This document shows positions 38,549 to 48,860 of a stretch of 64,000 nucleotides of DNA, piece by piece. The stretch's first letter is position 1. Each line of letters begins with the position of its first letter. The notes beneath the pieces are model-generated. The model worked only from the letters and a program-made list of their open reading frames with translations, was not told the origin of the DNA and made no database searches. A program made the position numbers and the translations under genes. Source of the DNA: Bacteroidales bacterium (lineage in GTDB: Bacteria > Bacteroidota > Bacteroidia > Bacteroidales > UBA12077); the NCBI GenBank assembly GCA_028282585.1, contig JANQHR010000126.1, positions 40,832 through 104,831 on the forward strand, in the 5' to 3' direction.

Positions 38549-41189
38549 TATCCAGAAAGGGCTACTAATGCTTTTAGCGATTAATACATTTCATTTCTCG
38601 CTGAATGCACAGGAATCCTTATTGTCGAAGAAAGTAACTATTAGATGTGAGCAATGCACTTTAGAAAAGTTGATGGGCGATGTAACCGAACAAACAAAAA
38701 TAAAATTTGCTTACAGTAGGTCACAAATTAATGTAGATCAAAAAATTGAAATAAACTTAAAAGAAAAGGAGGTAGAATATTTATTAAAAACTTTTAAAGA
38801 AAAATATCATATCAATTATAAACTAATTGGAAATACAATATCATTGTTTCCCGAAAAGCCAAATAACAAGCGTCAATCCAAAGTAATCGTTAGTGGTTAT
38901 ATAGAAGATAAATTATCTGGAGAACGCCTAATTGGAGCGAATGTTTATTTTCCTGAAAGTTATATTGGAACCGTATCAAATGATTATGGATTCTTTTCAC
39001 TTCCTGTAGGAGTTAATGCAACTGAAATTGTATGTTCTTTTGTTGGGTATCAAAACAAAATTATTCCAATAGATTTTTTGAAAGATACATTAATAAGAAT
39101 CGAATTAAGCCCAAGCATTGAACTAGAAGAAGTTGTTATTCGTGCAACAAGAGATGAAGTTATTGATAAAAAGATGCCGATTGGGATGATACGTGTTCCA
39201 ATGGCTAAAATAGAATCAACACCTGTAATTTTGGGCGAAACGGATGTTTTAAAAGTTGCACAATTATTACCTGGTGTATCGGAAGGGAGTGAAGGAAATA
39301 GCGGATTATATATTCGTGGTGGTAGCGCCGACCAGAATTTGATTTTATTGGATGGTATTACGGTATATAACCCTAATCATTTATTTGGATTCTTTTCCGT
39401 TTTCAATGCTGATGCAATTAAAGATTTTAAGATCATTAAAGGCGGGTTCCCTGCTCGTTATGGAGGGCGCCTTTCATCAGTTGTTGATTTACGTATGAGA
39501 GAAGGAAATATGAAAAAATTTTCAGGAAGCGTTTCCATTGGTTTAATTTCTAGTAAGGCTTACATTGAGGGCCCAATTGTTAAAGACAAAACTTCGTTTT
39601 TTATTTCTGCACGTAGAACTTATATTGACTTAATTGCGGGGAACCTGGTTGGCAACTTTACCGATTTCGATGAATCGAACTATTATTTCTATGATATTAA
39701 TGCTAAAGTAAACCATAAGTTCTCTGATAAACATAGGTTATACTTAAGTTATTACCAGGGGCGTGATAACGGGGATTCAGAAGATAGGAATGAAGGTAGT
39801 GATGCTAAATTGAGATCAGAAGAAATAAGCAAATTATCTTGGGGAAATTCCATTTATGGATTGAGATGGAATTGGTTAATGGGCTCCAACTTATTTTTGA
39901 ATACTACAATAGCTTACAGTACCTATGATTATTTAAACGAAGAGATTTTTAAGAATCAGTATATTGTTGATGACGACTGGACAAATAAAGAATATTCAAC
40001 AGAAGTGCAGTCAGGAATTGATATTTTTTCTTCAGGGTTAGATTTCAACTGGATTCCGTCAGCTAACCACCAGGTAAGGTTTGGAGTTAAATATTTTTAT
40101 CACACATTCAATACTGGCATGGAATCTAAGAAATTTATATCTGCCGATGATACGAATGAGCAGGTATATGAGGAAGAGAGAATCTATGCTAACGAAGGGA
40201 ATATTTTTATTGAGGATGAAATGCGATTAAGTTCGAAGTTTTCAGCTAATCTGGGTTTACATTATTCAATGTTTCTGGTAAATGACAAAACCTATAATTC
40301 CTTTGAACCAAGGTTATCTTTAAAATTTGATATTACAGATAAAATCCAGTTGAATGCTGGAGGAGCCATTATGCAACAATACACTCAATTGTTATCATTT
40401 TCAAGAATCACGCTGTCGTCAGATATTTGGGTACCTGCAACTGAAAATATTGTTCCTGCAAAATCTCAACAGGGTTCTTTAGGTGCTCGTTGGTCGATTA
40501 ACGATAATTGGTCATGCTCTGTTGAAGGATATTATAAAAAAATGGCTGAGTTATTGGAATACTCTGAAAGCGCATCTTTTTTTGAAGATGATTCATGGCA
40601 AGATAGGGTTGAGCAAGGCGATGGGGAAAGTTATGGATTAGAATTTTTGCTTGAGCGAAGTAACGGAAAATTAACTGGTTGGCTAGCATATACCTTAGCC
40701 GAAAGCACAAGGCAATTTGATAATATAAATAATGGAGAAACTTTTCCTTATAAATATGATAAACGGCATGATCTAAATATTGTAGTAGATTATAAATTAA
40801 CAAAGCATTGGTCTGTTAATGCTGTATGGACCTACAAAACGGGAAATGCAGAAACTTTAGGAGTAATTAAATATCCATCGAACCTGGGCTTTTTTGGAGA
40901 TAACAGTACAAGTTTTGACGATATTATTTACCAAAAAAGGAATGATTACCGAATGCCTGCTTACCACCGCTTGGATATTTCTGTTAACTGGAAAAAGCAA
41001 AAAGAAAAAGTAGAACACCAGGTAGCATTGGGCGTCTATAACGCTTACAATAGAGATAACCCATATAAAATTTCATTGTTTGATGGTTCCGTTAAAACAT
41101 CGGATGAAGGGTATATAGACACTAAAGTGATTAAAGAAAAAAGCTTATTTGGCATTTTACCGGCAATAACATATACAATTAATTTTTAG
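38541..41189 (+). CDS. TonB-dependent receptor with N-terminal STN and CarboxypepD-like domains
   Basis: GE.LIGANV, GE.DVLK..QLLPGV, IRGG..DQNLILLDG, GGFPARYGGRLSSV, YHRLD, C-terminal YTINF. Confidence 0.93.
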   Translation: MSSIQKGLLMLLAINTFHFSLNAQESLLSKKVTIRCEQCTLEKLMGDVTEQTKIKFAYSRSQINVDQKIEINLKEKEVEYLLKTFKEKYHINYKLIGNTISLFPEKPNNKRQSKVIVSGYIEDKLSGERLIGANVYFPESYIGTVSNDYGFFSLPVGVNATEIVCSFVGYQNKIIPIDFLKDTLIRIELSPSIELEEVVIRATRDEVIDKKMPIGMIRVPMAKIESTPVILGETDVLKVAQLLPGVSEGSEGNSGLYIRGGSADQNLILLDGITVYNPNHLFGFFSVFNADAIKDFKIIKGGFPARYGGRLSSVVDLRMREGNMKKFSGSVSIGLISSKAYIEGPIVKDKTSFFISARRTYIDLIAGNLVGNFTDFDESNYYFYDINAKVNHKFSDKHRLYLSYYQGRDNGDSEDRNEGSDAKLRSEEISKLSWGNSIYGLRWNWLMGSNLFLNTTIAYSTYDYLNEEIFKNQYIVDDDWTNKEYSTEVQSGIDIFSSGLDFNWIPSANHQVRFGVKYFYHTFNTGMESKKFISADDTNEQVYEEERIYANEGNIFIEDEMRLSSKFSANLGLHYSMFLVNDKTYNSFEPRLSLKFDITDKIQLNAGGAIMQQYTQLLSFSRITLSSDIWVPATENIVPAKSQQGSLGARWSINDNWSCSVEGYYKKMAELLEYSESASFFEDDSWQDRVEQGDGESYGLEFLLERSNGKLTGWLAYTLAESTRQFDNINNGETFPYKYDKRHDLNIVVDYKLTKHWSVNAVWTYKTGNAETLGVIKYPSNLGFFGDNSTSFDDIIYQKRNDYRMPAYHRLDISVNWKKQKEKVEHQVALGVYNAYNRDNPYKISLFDGSVKTSDEGYIDTKVIKEKSLFGILPAITYTINF

Positions 41190-41193
41190 TAAG

Positions 41194-42123
41194 ATGATGA
41201 AAAAGATATATATCGTAGCAACGTTATTTACAATAGTATTCTTTTCATGCGAAGAGGAGGTTGATATACAATATAACCAGTATGTGGTTAACTCATTTTT
41301 TTCGGAAAGTGTACCGTTTTTAATACAAACAACAAATACGGTTTCTGTTTTTGATACTGCAACATACTTTTCAATAAAGGATATGCAAGGCGAATTATAC
41401 GAAGATGGCGAACTGGTTGGGGATTTAGTATTTCAGGATTCTTATTATAGAGAAGGGCTCCCAGGTGAAGTGCCGGAAGGATATTCAATTGACGGTTTTA
41501 CTCCACAACCAGGTAAAGAATATAGTTTTGAATTAAAGCATGGAGACATTACAATTACCGGGTCTGATATGATTCCTTATCCCGTTGATTTTACAATTAC
41601 GGATACAACTACTGTATTAGACGAGTATGATTTAACGTATAAAGGGATTGAATGCCAGATTAATTTCATTGATCCGGCTAATGAAGATAATTATTACCTA
41701 TTAACATATAATGTGACTGAATATCTTGATGAGGATGATGATATAGGTTGGACACAGGCTGGTGGCTGGATGAACTCCGATGACCCTGCAATAGAGAATT
41801 ATTATTATCAACAGGGATTATTATATACTGGTTATCGTTTTATTTTCTCTGATCAATATTTTAATGGTAAGGAATATACCATACCAGTAAGTTATTTTGT
41901 TGGGCATACCAGCCCCCGAAGAAAGGACTTGAATATTTATTTAATTTCTATTAGCGAGCAATATTACAATTATGTAACATCAGCAATTAACCAACAGGAA
42001 AATAATGATGATTATTATGCCGAACCGACCCAGGTTTATAACAATATAATTAATGGTTTTGGGATTTTTGCCGGATTTAGTGTTAGCGAATATGTAATGG
42101 AATTCGGAGTTATAAACAAATAA
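41194..42123 (+). CDS. DUF4249-like lipoprotein
   Basis: Lipobox FFSC, F.DP....NYY, FSD..FNG, EPTQVY.NI.NG.GIFAG. Confidence 0.82.
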   Translation: MMKKIYIVATLFTIVFFSCEEEVDIQYNQYVVNSFFSESVPFLIQTTNTVSVFDTATYFSIKDMQGELYEDGELVGDLVFQDSYYREGLPGEVPEGYSIDGFTPQPGKEYSFELKHGDITITGSDMIPYPVDFTITDTTTVLDEYDLTYKGIECQINFIDPANEDNYYLLTYNVTEYLDEDDDIGWTQAGGWMNSDDPAIENYYYQQGLLYTGYRFIFSDQYFNGKEYTIPVSYFVGHTSPRRKDLNIYLISISEQYYNYVTSAINQQENNDDYYAEPTQVYNNIINGFGIFAGFSVSEYVMEFGVINK

Positions 42124-42141
42124 TATAAAAACCTAAAATGT

Positions 42142-42174
42142 AAGGTGATTAGTTATAGCTAATCACCTTTTTTT
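42142..42174 (+). terminator. Terminator after the TonB cassette
   Basis: AAGGTGATTAG-TTATAG-CTAATCACCTT stem plus T-tract. Confidence 0.85.
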
Positions 42175-42219
42175 GTAAACTAATTTTAACTTAGCTTGTT
42201 TTATGAGAAAAGGAATGAA

Positions 42220-43599
42220 ATGAATAGAAAAGAATATGATACAATGGGCGAAGTTTTGGTTCCCGAAGGAAAATTATGGGGAGCACAAACTCAACGGTCG
42301 ATACAAAATTTTAAAATAGGTAATAATCTCATGCCAAATGAAATAATTCGTGCATATGGCTATCTTAAAAAGGCTGCTGCAATAACTAATAATAAACTTG
42401 GAGTTTTATCCGATGAAAAAATGAAAGCCATTACTCAAGTCTGTGATGAAATCACTGAAGGTAAGTTAAATGATCAGTTTCCTTTGGTGGTTTGGCAAAC
42501 AGGATCGGGAACGCAGACCAATATGAATATAAATGAAGTAATTTCAAATCGGGCTCATATTATGGCGGGTAATGAATTAGGAGTTGGAGAAAAGAAAATT
42601 CATCCAAACGATGATGTGAATAAATCACAATCTTCAAATGATACTTTTCCTACTGCAATGCATATAGCGGCAAAAACAATATTAATTAACCTTACTATTC
42701 CGGCAATTGTAAAGCTAAAAGAAGCTTTACAAGAAAAAAGCAATGCATGGCAAGCTATTATTAAGATGGGGCGAACACATTTGATGGATGCTACCGTTTT
42801 ATCTTTAGGACAAGAGTTTTCGGGCTATGTTTCTATGTTGGATCATGGAATAAAAGCCTTAAAAAATACATTGCCACATTTATCTGAAATTGCATTAGGA
42901 GGAACAGCAGTTGGAACTGGATTAAATGCACCGGAAGGTTATTCGGAACAAGTGGCAACAGAAATTTCTAACCTTACAGGATTAGAATTTGTTTCATCTG
43001 AAAATAAATTCAGATCATTAGCTTCTCATGATACTATGGTTGAAACACACGGAGCATTAAAAACTTTAGCAGTAAGTTTAATGAAAATTGCTAACGATAT
43101 TCGTTTATTAGGATCAGGTCCAAGAGGAGGAATCGGGGAATTAAAGTTACCAGCCAACGAACCAGGGTCATCAATAATGCCAGGAAAAGTAAATCCAACA
43201 CAAATTGAAGCACTAACAATGGTTTGTGCTCAAGTTATGGGGAATGATGTTACTATTAATATTGCTGGTTCAAATGGACATTTGGAACTAAATGTATTTA
43301 AACCGGTTATTATTAAAAACTTTTTAGAATCAGCCAGGCTGTTAGGCGATGCAGTAATTTCATTTACAAAAAATACAGTTCGTGGATTAGAACCAAATAT
43401 CGAAAATATAAATAAGCATGTAAATAATTCTTTAATGCTAGTTACTGCTCTTAATACACATATTGGATATGAGAAATCAGCAGAGATTGTAAAAAAAGCA
43501 TTTTCAGAAAATACTACTTTAAAGAAAGCGGCTATCCAGTTAGGTTATTTAACGGAAAAAGAGTTTGAACAATGGGTAGATCCCCAAAAAATGATTTAA
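42220..43599 (+). CDS. fumC: Class II fumarate hydratase (start probably ATG 42220)
   Basis: [41 protein letters not shown]. Confidence 0.96.
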   Translation: MNRKEYDTMGEVLVPEGKLWGAQTQRSIQNFKIGNNLMPNEIIRAYGYLKKAAAITNNKLGVLSDEKMKAITQVCDEITEGKLNDQFPLVVWQTGSGTQTNMNINEVISNRAHIMAGNELGVGEKKIHPNDDVNKSQSSNDTFPTAMHIAAKTILINLTIPAIVKLKEALQEKSNAWQAIIKMGRTHLMDATVLSLGQEFSGYVSMLDHGIKALKNTLPHLSEIALGGTAVGTGLNAPEGYSEQVATEISNLTGLEFVSSENKFRSLASHDTMVETHGALKTLAVSLMKIANDIRLLGSGPRGGIGELKLPANEPGSSIMPGKVNPTQIEALTMVCAQVMGNDVTINIAGSNGHLELNVFKPVIIKNFLESARLLGDAVISFTKNTVRGLEPNIENINKHVNNSLMLVTALNTHIGYEKSAEIVKKAFSENTTLKKAAIQLGYLTEKEFEQWVDPQKMI

Positions 43600-43654
43600 T
43601 AATTGATTCTTAAGATATAGATTTGTTAAGTTTGCTTTTTTACAAAAAGAAGCT

Positions 43655-45613
43655 ATGCAACAAAATATTCGAAATGTTGGAATCTTGGCTCATGTTGATG
43701 CCGGTAAAACAACGATTACTGAAAACTTTCTTTATTTAAGCGGACAATCAAAAAAACTGGGAAGTGTTGATGATGGAACGACTCAAACCGATTTTCTGGA
43801 TGTAGAAAGAGAGCGAGGTATATCAGTTCGGTCGTCAAATACAACATTTTACTGGAAAGATATGAAAATCAATTTGATTGATACTCCTGGGCACGTTGAT
43901 TTTTCGGCTGATGTAGAAAGAGTTCTTCGCGTATTAGATTGTGCAGTTCTTGTAATTTCAGCGGTTGAAGGTGTTCAGGCACATACCGAAACATTATGGA
44001 CAGCTTTACAAAATCTGAAAATACCTACAACCATTTTTATTAATAAAATAGATAGAGCTGGAGCAGATACCGAATTAGTTATTCAAGAAATCCAAACGGA
44101 GTTAACAGATAAATTGGTATTACTTCAAGAAATTTCTGATGAAACATCAAATGATGCTAATATAAAGTCGGTTTGGAACAACGAAGGTATTGATGGAAAT
44201 GTTGTAGAAGCAATTGCTAATACAAATGAATCAATTTTAGAAAAATACTTGGAAGAGCAACCTATAGTTTTTTCAGAATTAGATGAAAATCTCATAAATG
44301 CAGTTCATCAACATCAATTATTTCCTGTTTTAATGGGGTCAGCAAAAAACTCAATTGGAGTTGAGGAATTATTAAATGCTGTTATACATTACTTACCAGG
44401 GCCAGATGTTAACACTAGTAAACAATTGTCAGCATTAGTTTATAGTATTTCGCATGATAAAACCATGGGTAAAGTTGCACATGTAAAAGTTTACCAGGGA
44501 GCAATAAATAATCGTGAATTAATAAAAAACGCAAGCCAACAAATTGAAGAAAAGGTAACTCAAGTAAGAAAATTAATTGCTAACAAATATGAGGACTTAG
44601 GATTAGTTGAAGTTGGAGATATTGCAGGAATTTGTGGTTTACAAAATGCAAGAGTCGGTGATGTTTTGGGTGAGTTTTCAGATTTATTGCCTGATGATAT
44701 TAGCTTGCGGGTTCCTTTACTAACAGTTCAGGTCAAGGCAGATAATGATAAAGATTATTCGAGACTAGCAGAAGCTTTGCAAGAACTTTCATTCGAAGAT
44801 CCAACCTTAGATTTTGAATGGTTAAAAGACGATAAGGAACTTCATGTTAAAATTATGGGTTGGATTCAGATCGAAGTTTTGGAAAGAGTTATAGAAAACC
44901 GTTTTGGAATAAAAGCTAAATTCGATTCACCTACCGTGATATATAAGGAAACTCCAAGTCAGAAAGGAGAAGGCTTTGTAAAATACTGGATGCCAAAACC
45001 TTGCTGGGCGATTTTAAAATTTATGATTGAACCGGGAGAAAGAGGGAGTGGTGTAGTTTATGAATCTAAAATTAGCGTAGATGATGTTCACCGGAAATAC
45101 CAAAATGAGGTAGAACGAACCATCCCAAATGCATTGAAACAAGGTATCAAAGGATGGGAAGTAACAGATTTGAAAATTACTTTAATTGAAGGGGAAGATC
45201 ATGAGATTCATTCACGTCCGGGAGATTTTATTGTTGCCACTCCAATGGGAATTATGAATGGACTTGTAAATACCGAAACTACTTTATTAGAACCATTAAT
45301 ATCATTTAAAATTTCTGCAACCGAAGATTTATTAGGAGCTATTACAAGTGATATTACACAAATGAGAGGAAAATTTGATAGCCCCGAAATGGAGAATGGG
45401 AGATTTATTTTATCCGGAATTTTACCTGTTGCTACATCATTAGACTTTCCGGTTCGGTTAAGCTCTCGTTCGGGTGGGAAAGCAAAAATCTCGACTAAGT
45501 TTTATGGTTACCAGGAGTGTGATGAAGAACTTGGACAAACGCGAGATTATAAAGGGATAAGCCCACTGGATACTTCAAAATGGATATTGAAAGCACGAAA
45601 AGCCTTACAATAA
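43655..45613 (+). CDS. Tet ribosomal-protection-like translational GTPase (TetM/TetB(P)-like EF-G paralogue)
   Basis: GILAHVDAGKTT, GSVD.GTTQTD, ERERGIS, DTPGH.DF, INKID; 652 aa; C-terminal SPLDTSKWILKAR. Confidence 0.8.
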   Translation: MQQNIRNVGILAHVDAGKTTITENFLYLSGQSKKLGSVDDGTTQTDFLDVERERGISVRSSNTTFYWKDMKINLIDTPGHVDFSADVERVLRVLDCAVLVISAVEGVQAHTETLWTALQNLKIPTTIFINKIDRAGADTELVIQEIQTELTDKLVLLQEISDETSNDANIKSVWNNEGIDGNVVEAIANTNESILEKYLEEQPIVFSELDENLINAVHQHQLFPVLMGSAKNSIGVEELLNAVIHYLPGPDVNTSKQLSALVYSISHDKTMGKVAHVKVYQGAINNRELIKNASQQIEEKVTQVRKLIANKYEDLGLVEVGDIAGICGLQNARVGDVLGEFSDLLPDDISLRVPLLTVQVKADNDKDYSRLAEALQELSFEDPTLDFEWLKDDKELHVKIMGWIQIEVLERVIENRFGIKAKFDSPTVIYKETPSQKGEGFVKYWMPKPCWAILKFMIEPGERGSGVVYESKISVDDVHRKYQNEVERTIPNALKQGIKGWEVTDLKITLIEGEDHEIHSRPGDFIVATPMGIMNGLVNTETTLLEPLISFKISATEDLLGAITSDITQMRGKFDSPEMENGRFILSGILPVATSLDFPVRLSSRSGGKAKISTKFYGYQECDEELGQTRDYKGISPLDTSKWILKARKALQ

Positions 45614-45615
45614 AT

Positions 45616-45648
45616 ATCTGTCAAGCGGATATAAACCGCTTGACAGAT
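45616..45648. terminator. Bidirectional terminator between convergent genes
   Basis: ATCTGTCAAGCGG-N7-CCGCTTGACAGAT perfect 13-bp stem. Confidence 0.8.
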
Positions 45649-45659
45649 TATGGATTAAC

Positions 45660-46358
45660 CTACTTGGCTTTTCTTATAAAAATATCACCACTAATGGTTT
45701 CAAGGAAAATTCTAGTTCCTCCATTATTTAGACGTTTCGATAATTCGTTTTTTCCATAATGATGATAACCATCGCTTTTTTCACGATTAAATTCAAAATC
45801 ACTGTACATTCCTCCTGTGATTGTGCTTAATTCGAGGTCGGCATCATAATTGTCTGGTAATGACAAATCGATAAAACCACTAATGGTATTAATATCCATT
45901 CTTGTTTGAATATCTTTAATTTCTATGTCACCACTAATTGTTTCAATTTCGAGTTTGTTATTTTTTGGAATCCTTACTTCGAAATATAGATCCATATTTA
46001 CCGAGCAGTCATAAATTATGGTTCTTCCATCTTCTTCATCTTTAACAATTCTTCTAGATCTATGTAAGTCTTTAATATCTTCAATCTCAGATTCAATCTT
46101 GATTCCTGTTGATCTTTGTTTTTGAGTAAGAGTGAATTTATCATTATCATTATTATCATTAATATTTACTACAACCTTAACATAAACTTCGTTTTTATCC
46201 CAACTTGTTACTTTAATATCTTCGGCAAACTGGAAGTCAAGGCTAATTTCATCAGAGTTTGATACCGGATAGGTTTTTTCGATTACTTTTTGGCTATATA
46301 CCTGGTTTGAAATTGATATAAGAATTGCCAGAACAAATGTGAATACACTGTTTTTCAT
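45660..46358 (-). CDS. DUF4097-like (adhesin-like beta-repeat) exported protein
   Basis: Signal peptide; repeated TISGDI/TITGG units. Confidence 0.8.
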   Translation of the reverse strand: MKNSVFTFVLAILISISNQVYSQKVIEKTYPVSNSDEISLDFQFAEDIKVTSWDKNEVYVKVVVNINDNNDNDKFTLTQKQRSTGIKIESEIEDIKDLHRSRRIVKDEEDGRTIIYDCSVNMDLYFEVRIPKNNKLEIETISGDIEIKDIQTRMDINTISGFIDLSLPDNYDADLELSTITGGMYSDFEFNREKSDGYHHYGKNELSKRLNNGGTRIFLETISGDIFIRKAK

Positions 46359-46481
46359 GATCTTGTAATTTTAAATTTAGTTAATCGGAGTAGAAAAAGG
46401 CTGTTTATGGATTAACTATGAAAGCACATTTATCGATAGTTTAAAAACAAAATTCGAGATTCCAAAAACAGCCAGTTAGCG

Positions 46482-47270
46482 TTATTTCTTACGTAGATAA
46501 ACATTATCATTAATGGTTACTAGTTTGATATCAACCCCGCCACCATTAATTGTTCCTTTAATTTTCTGTCCACCACCAATATAGCTTAAGCCATCTTTTT
46601 CTTTCTTATCGAAATCAATATCAAAATTGGTAAAAATCTCGCCGTTTATGGTACTCATTGAAATATTTGCCGGAGTATTTGCAGGAAGAGAAATATCAAT
46701 TATTCCATTTGTTGCATGAAGTGATATGGGAGAGTTTTGGTTTACTGCTCCAAAATCAATATCAATATCTCCATTTGTTAAGTTAAGGATAACTGGACCT
46801 GTAACGTTTTCTAGCACTATACTCGGATTTAAAATGGATACTTCCAGTTCGCTACTAAAGTTTTTAACTTTAACATCATCGCCTGCAAACGGACTTCTAT
46901 AATCTAATTTAAAGTTTATTCCTTTAGGTACTTTAAAAGTATAATAGGCGTCTTCTGCTTGTTTACTAGCACCTACAACTTCAATTACACTTCCATTCAT
47001 TTCAACCTGAAGGCCAACTCCGGTATTATCTTCTGCTCCAGAACCATATAAAGACCTTAAGCCATCGGCTCTTTCTGGTCTTTTTTCAAATTTTCTTGTT
47101 TCGATTATTAATTGCGTTCCTGTAGTTTCCTCGATGCTAATTCCTCCGGAGAAATTCTTTACAAATATCTGGTTTGCCTGTTTAACATCGTATGTAAATT
47201 CTTGTGCATAGCTTGTACTTATTGCAAGTATTAAACATGCTGTTATTAAAATTGAATTTATTGTTTTCAT
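46482..47270 (-). CDS. DUF4097-like exported protein
   Basis: Signal peptide; repeated TNGDI/TNGII/TINGEI; INGGG..I.L.TIND. Confidence 0.8.
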   Translation of the reverse strand: MKTINSILITACLILAISTSYAQEFTYDVKQANQIFVKNFSGGISIEETTGTQLIIETRKFEKRPERADGLRSLYGSGAEDNTGVGLQVEMNGSVIEVVGASKQAEDAYYTFKVPKGINFKLDYRSPFAGDDVKVKNFSSELEVSILNPSIVLENVTGPVILNLTNGDIDIDFGAVNQNSPISLHATNGIIDISLPANTPANISMSTINGEIFTNFDIDFDKKEKDGLSYIGGGQKIKGTINGGGVDIKLVTINDNVYLRKK

Positions 47271-47342
47271 GATTTTTAAATTTTAAATTAACTGACATTT
47301 TTATTCGTCTGTCTGTTGACAGATATGTTTGCGCGCGATTTT

Positions 47343-48137
47343 TTATATAAAAACTTTTAATCCCTCTTGTGCCTGCTCTTTTACAACAGGTATGGTTTGG
47401 TCATTATTAATTATATTCTCAAATGTTTCTTTTGCTCTTTCTTCTTGAATTTGGGTCAAGAGATTTATTAAAGTAATTTGCATTGCTGCATCTTCTTCTT
47501 TTTCTAAAACTTCGAGAAAAGCATTACGTACTTCCTTACTTTCCGAATATTTAGATAATGCATTTGCTGCCGCCATTCGGACGTTTACATTATCATCACT
47601 TTTGAATGTATTGATCAAAAGAGCGATGGTTTTCATATCTAATTTAATTTGCTCATCAATTGCATTAACTGCCTTTAGTCTCTGACTTGCAGTTGGTTGA
47701 CTTAATGAAGCTAAAGAGGCAGATTGTTGCATCGAATATAATTCGGCGCGTAATTGTGAAATTTCAGAATTTTGTTTCGATTGTATTTGTACATTTCTAC
47801 CTAATAAAAATCCAAATCCAAGTAAAATAATTGCACTAGCCGCATATTTTAAAAAGCCCCAATTTGTTTTTTTGGAATGGATTACAATATCATTTGAGTT
47901 GTGTTGGATATTTTCTTTTTCTTCTTCAAGCATCGAATAAAAATCTTCCTTTAATTGAAGAGCAGGGGCTTCGTCTACAAGGATACTCATTTCATCTAAT
48001 AGTTGACGTGTTTGCTTGTGTTCTGTTCTACACTTTTCACACGTGAGCAAATGTTCTTCAATTTGAACTTTAATATCTTCAGAAATATTTCCTTCGATAA
48101 AATCAATTAGTATGTTTTTTATGTTATTGCATTCCAT
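47343..48137 (-). CDS. Zinc-finger anti-sigma factor with HEAT repeats
   Basis: C...HL.TC.KC (ZAS), TM helix, D.NVNVRMAA..AL. Confidence 0.87.
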   Translation of the reverse strand: MECNNIKNILIDFIEGNISEDIKVQIEEHLLTCEKCRTEHKQTRQLLDEMSILVDEAPALQLKEDFYSMLEEEKENIQHNSNDIVIHSKKTNWGFLKYAASAIILLGFGFLLGRNVQIQSKQNSEISQLRAELYSMQQSASLASLSQPTASQRLKAVNAIDEQIKLDMKTIALLINTFKSDDNVNVRMAAANALSKYSESKEVRNAFLEVLEKEEDAAMQITLINLLTQIQEERAKETFENIINNDQTIPVVKEQAQEGLKVFI

Positions 48138-48147
48138 AATTTCCGTT

Positions 48148-48690
48148 TTATGCTAGTTCAAAATAAAGTTCTCTTAACTTATGCATTGCCCGGTGTACTT
48201 TTACTTTTATAGCAGTAACCGAATTCCCGGTTATTTCAGATATTTTCTGATACTTCAGTCCTTGGAAACGACTTAATTCAATTATCTCTCGTTGTTCCGG
48301 ACTTAACTTATTTAGTGCTTCGTACAAAGTACTTTTTTTAGATTCCATGTCCATTTCTTCTAAAGCTGATTTCGTGTCTATTTCTAATTTTTCCGTTTCA
48401 TGAAAATCAGATTTTAAAAATTTATTCTTCTGATAATGTTTTAAATGAACGTTACGTGCAATTTGATACATCCATGATTTAAAGTTCCATTTATTATCAT
48501 ACGACTCGCGATACAATATAATTCTACGAAAAACATTTTGTGTTAAATCTTTACTTATATCCTTACTTTGAGTTAACCGCAGAAAGAAATTGTAAAGTCT
48601 TACATGATACTTTTCAAACAATGGAGCTAGAGAATCTAAATCTCCATTTTTTACTTTCTGCATTAATTGTTCGTCGTTGAACTGTTCCAC
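48148..48690 (-). CDS. ECF sigma-70 factor (SigW/RpoE-like)
   Basis: DLTQ.VF, F.SW.YQIARN, L..L..EQREII.LSR.QGL.Y..I, VHRA. Confidence 0.93.
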   Translation of the reverse strand: MEQFNDEQLMQKVKNGDLDSLAPLFEKYHVRLYNFFLRLTQSKDISKDLTQNVFRRIILYRESYDNKWNFKSWMYQIARNVHLKHYQKNKFLKSDFHETEKLEIDTKSALEEMDMESKKSTLYEALNKLSPEQREIIELSRFQGLKYQKISEITGNSVTAIKVKVHRAMHKLRELYFELA

Positions 48691-48743
48691 AAATTGCTTT
48701 TTTACTTTTTGATTCTGTATTGGGTATCTCGAAAAATGAAAAA

Positions 48744-48750
48744 GGTTACA
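48744..48750 (-). promoter_or_regulatory. Putative ECF autoregulatory -35 element (TGTAACC)
   Basis: TGTAACC on minus strand about 55 nt upstream of the sigma start. Confidence 0.4.
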
Positions 48751-48807
48751 AGCTAAAGTAAAAATAATATATTTATTTTGACAATATTTTGTATTTCAGT
48801 TTATTAT

Positions 48808-48840
48808 AAAAAAGAAAGGCGCTCATGTTGAACGCCTTTC
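48808..48840 (-). terminator. Terminator after sppA
   Basis: GAAAGGCG...CGCCTTTC stem with A-tract on + strand (U-tract on minus). Confidence 0.7.
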
Positions 48841-48860
48841 TAAAATTATTTTTTAAATAA

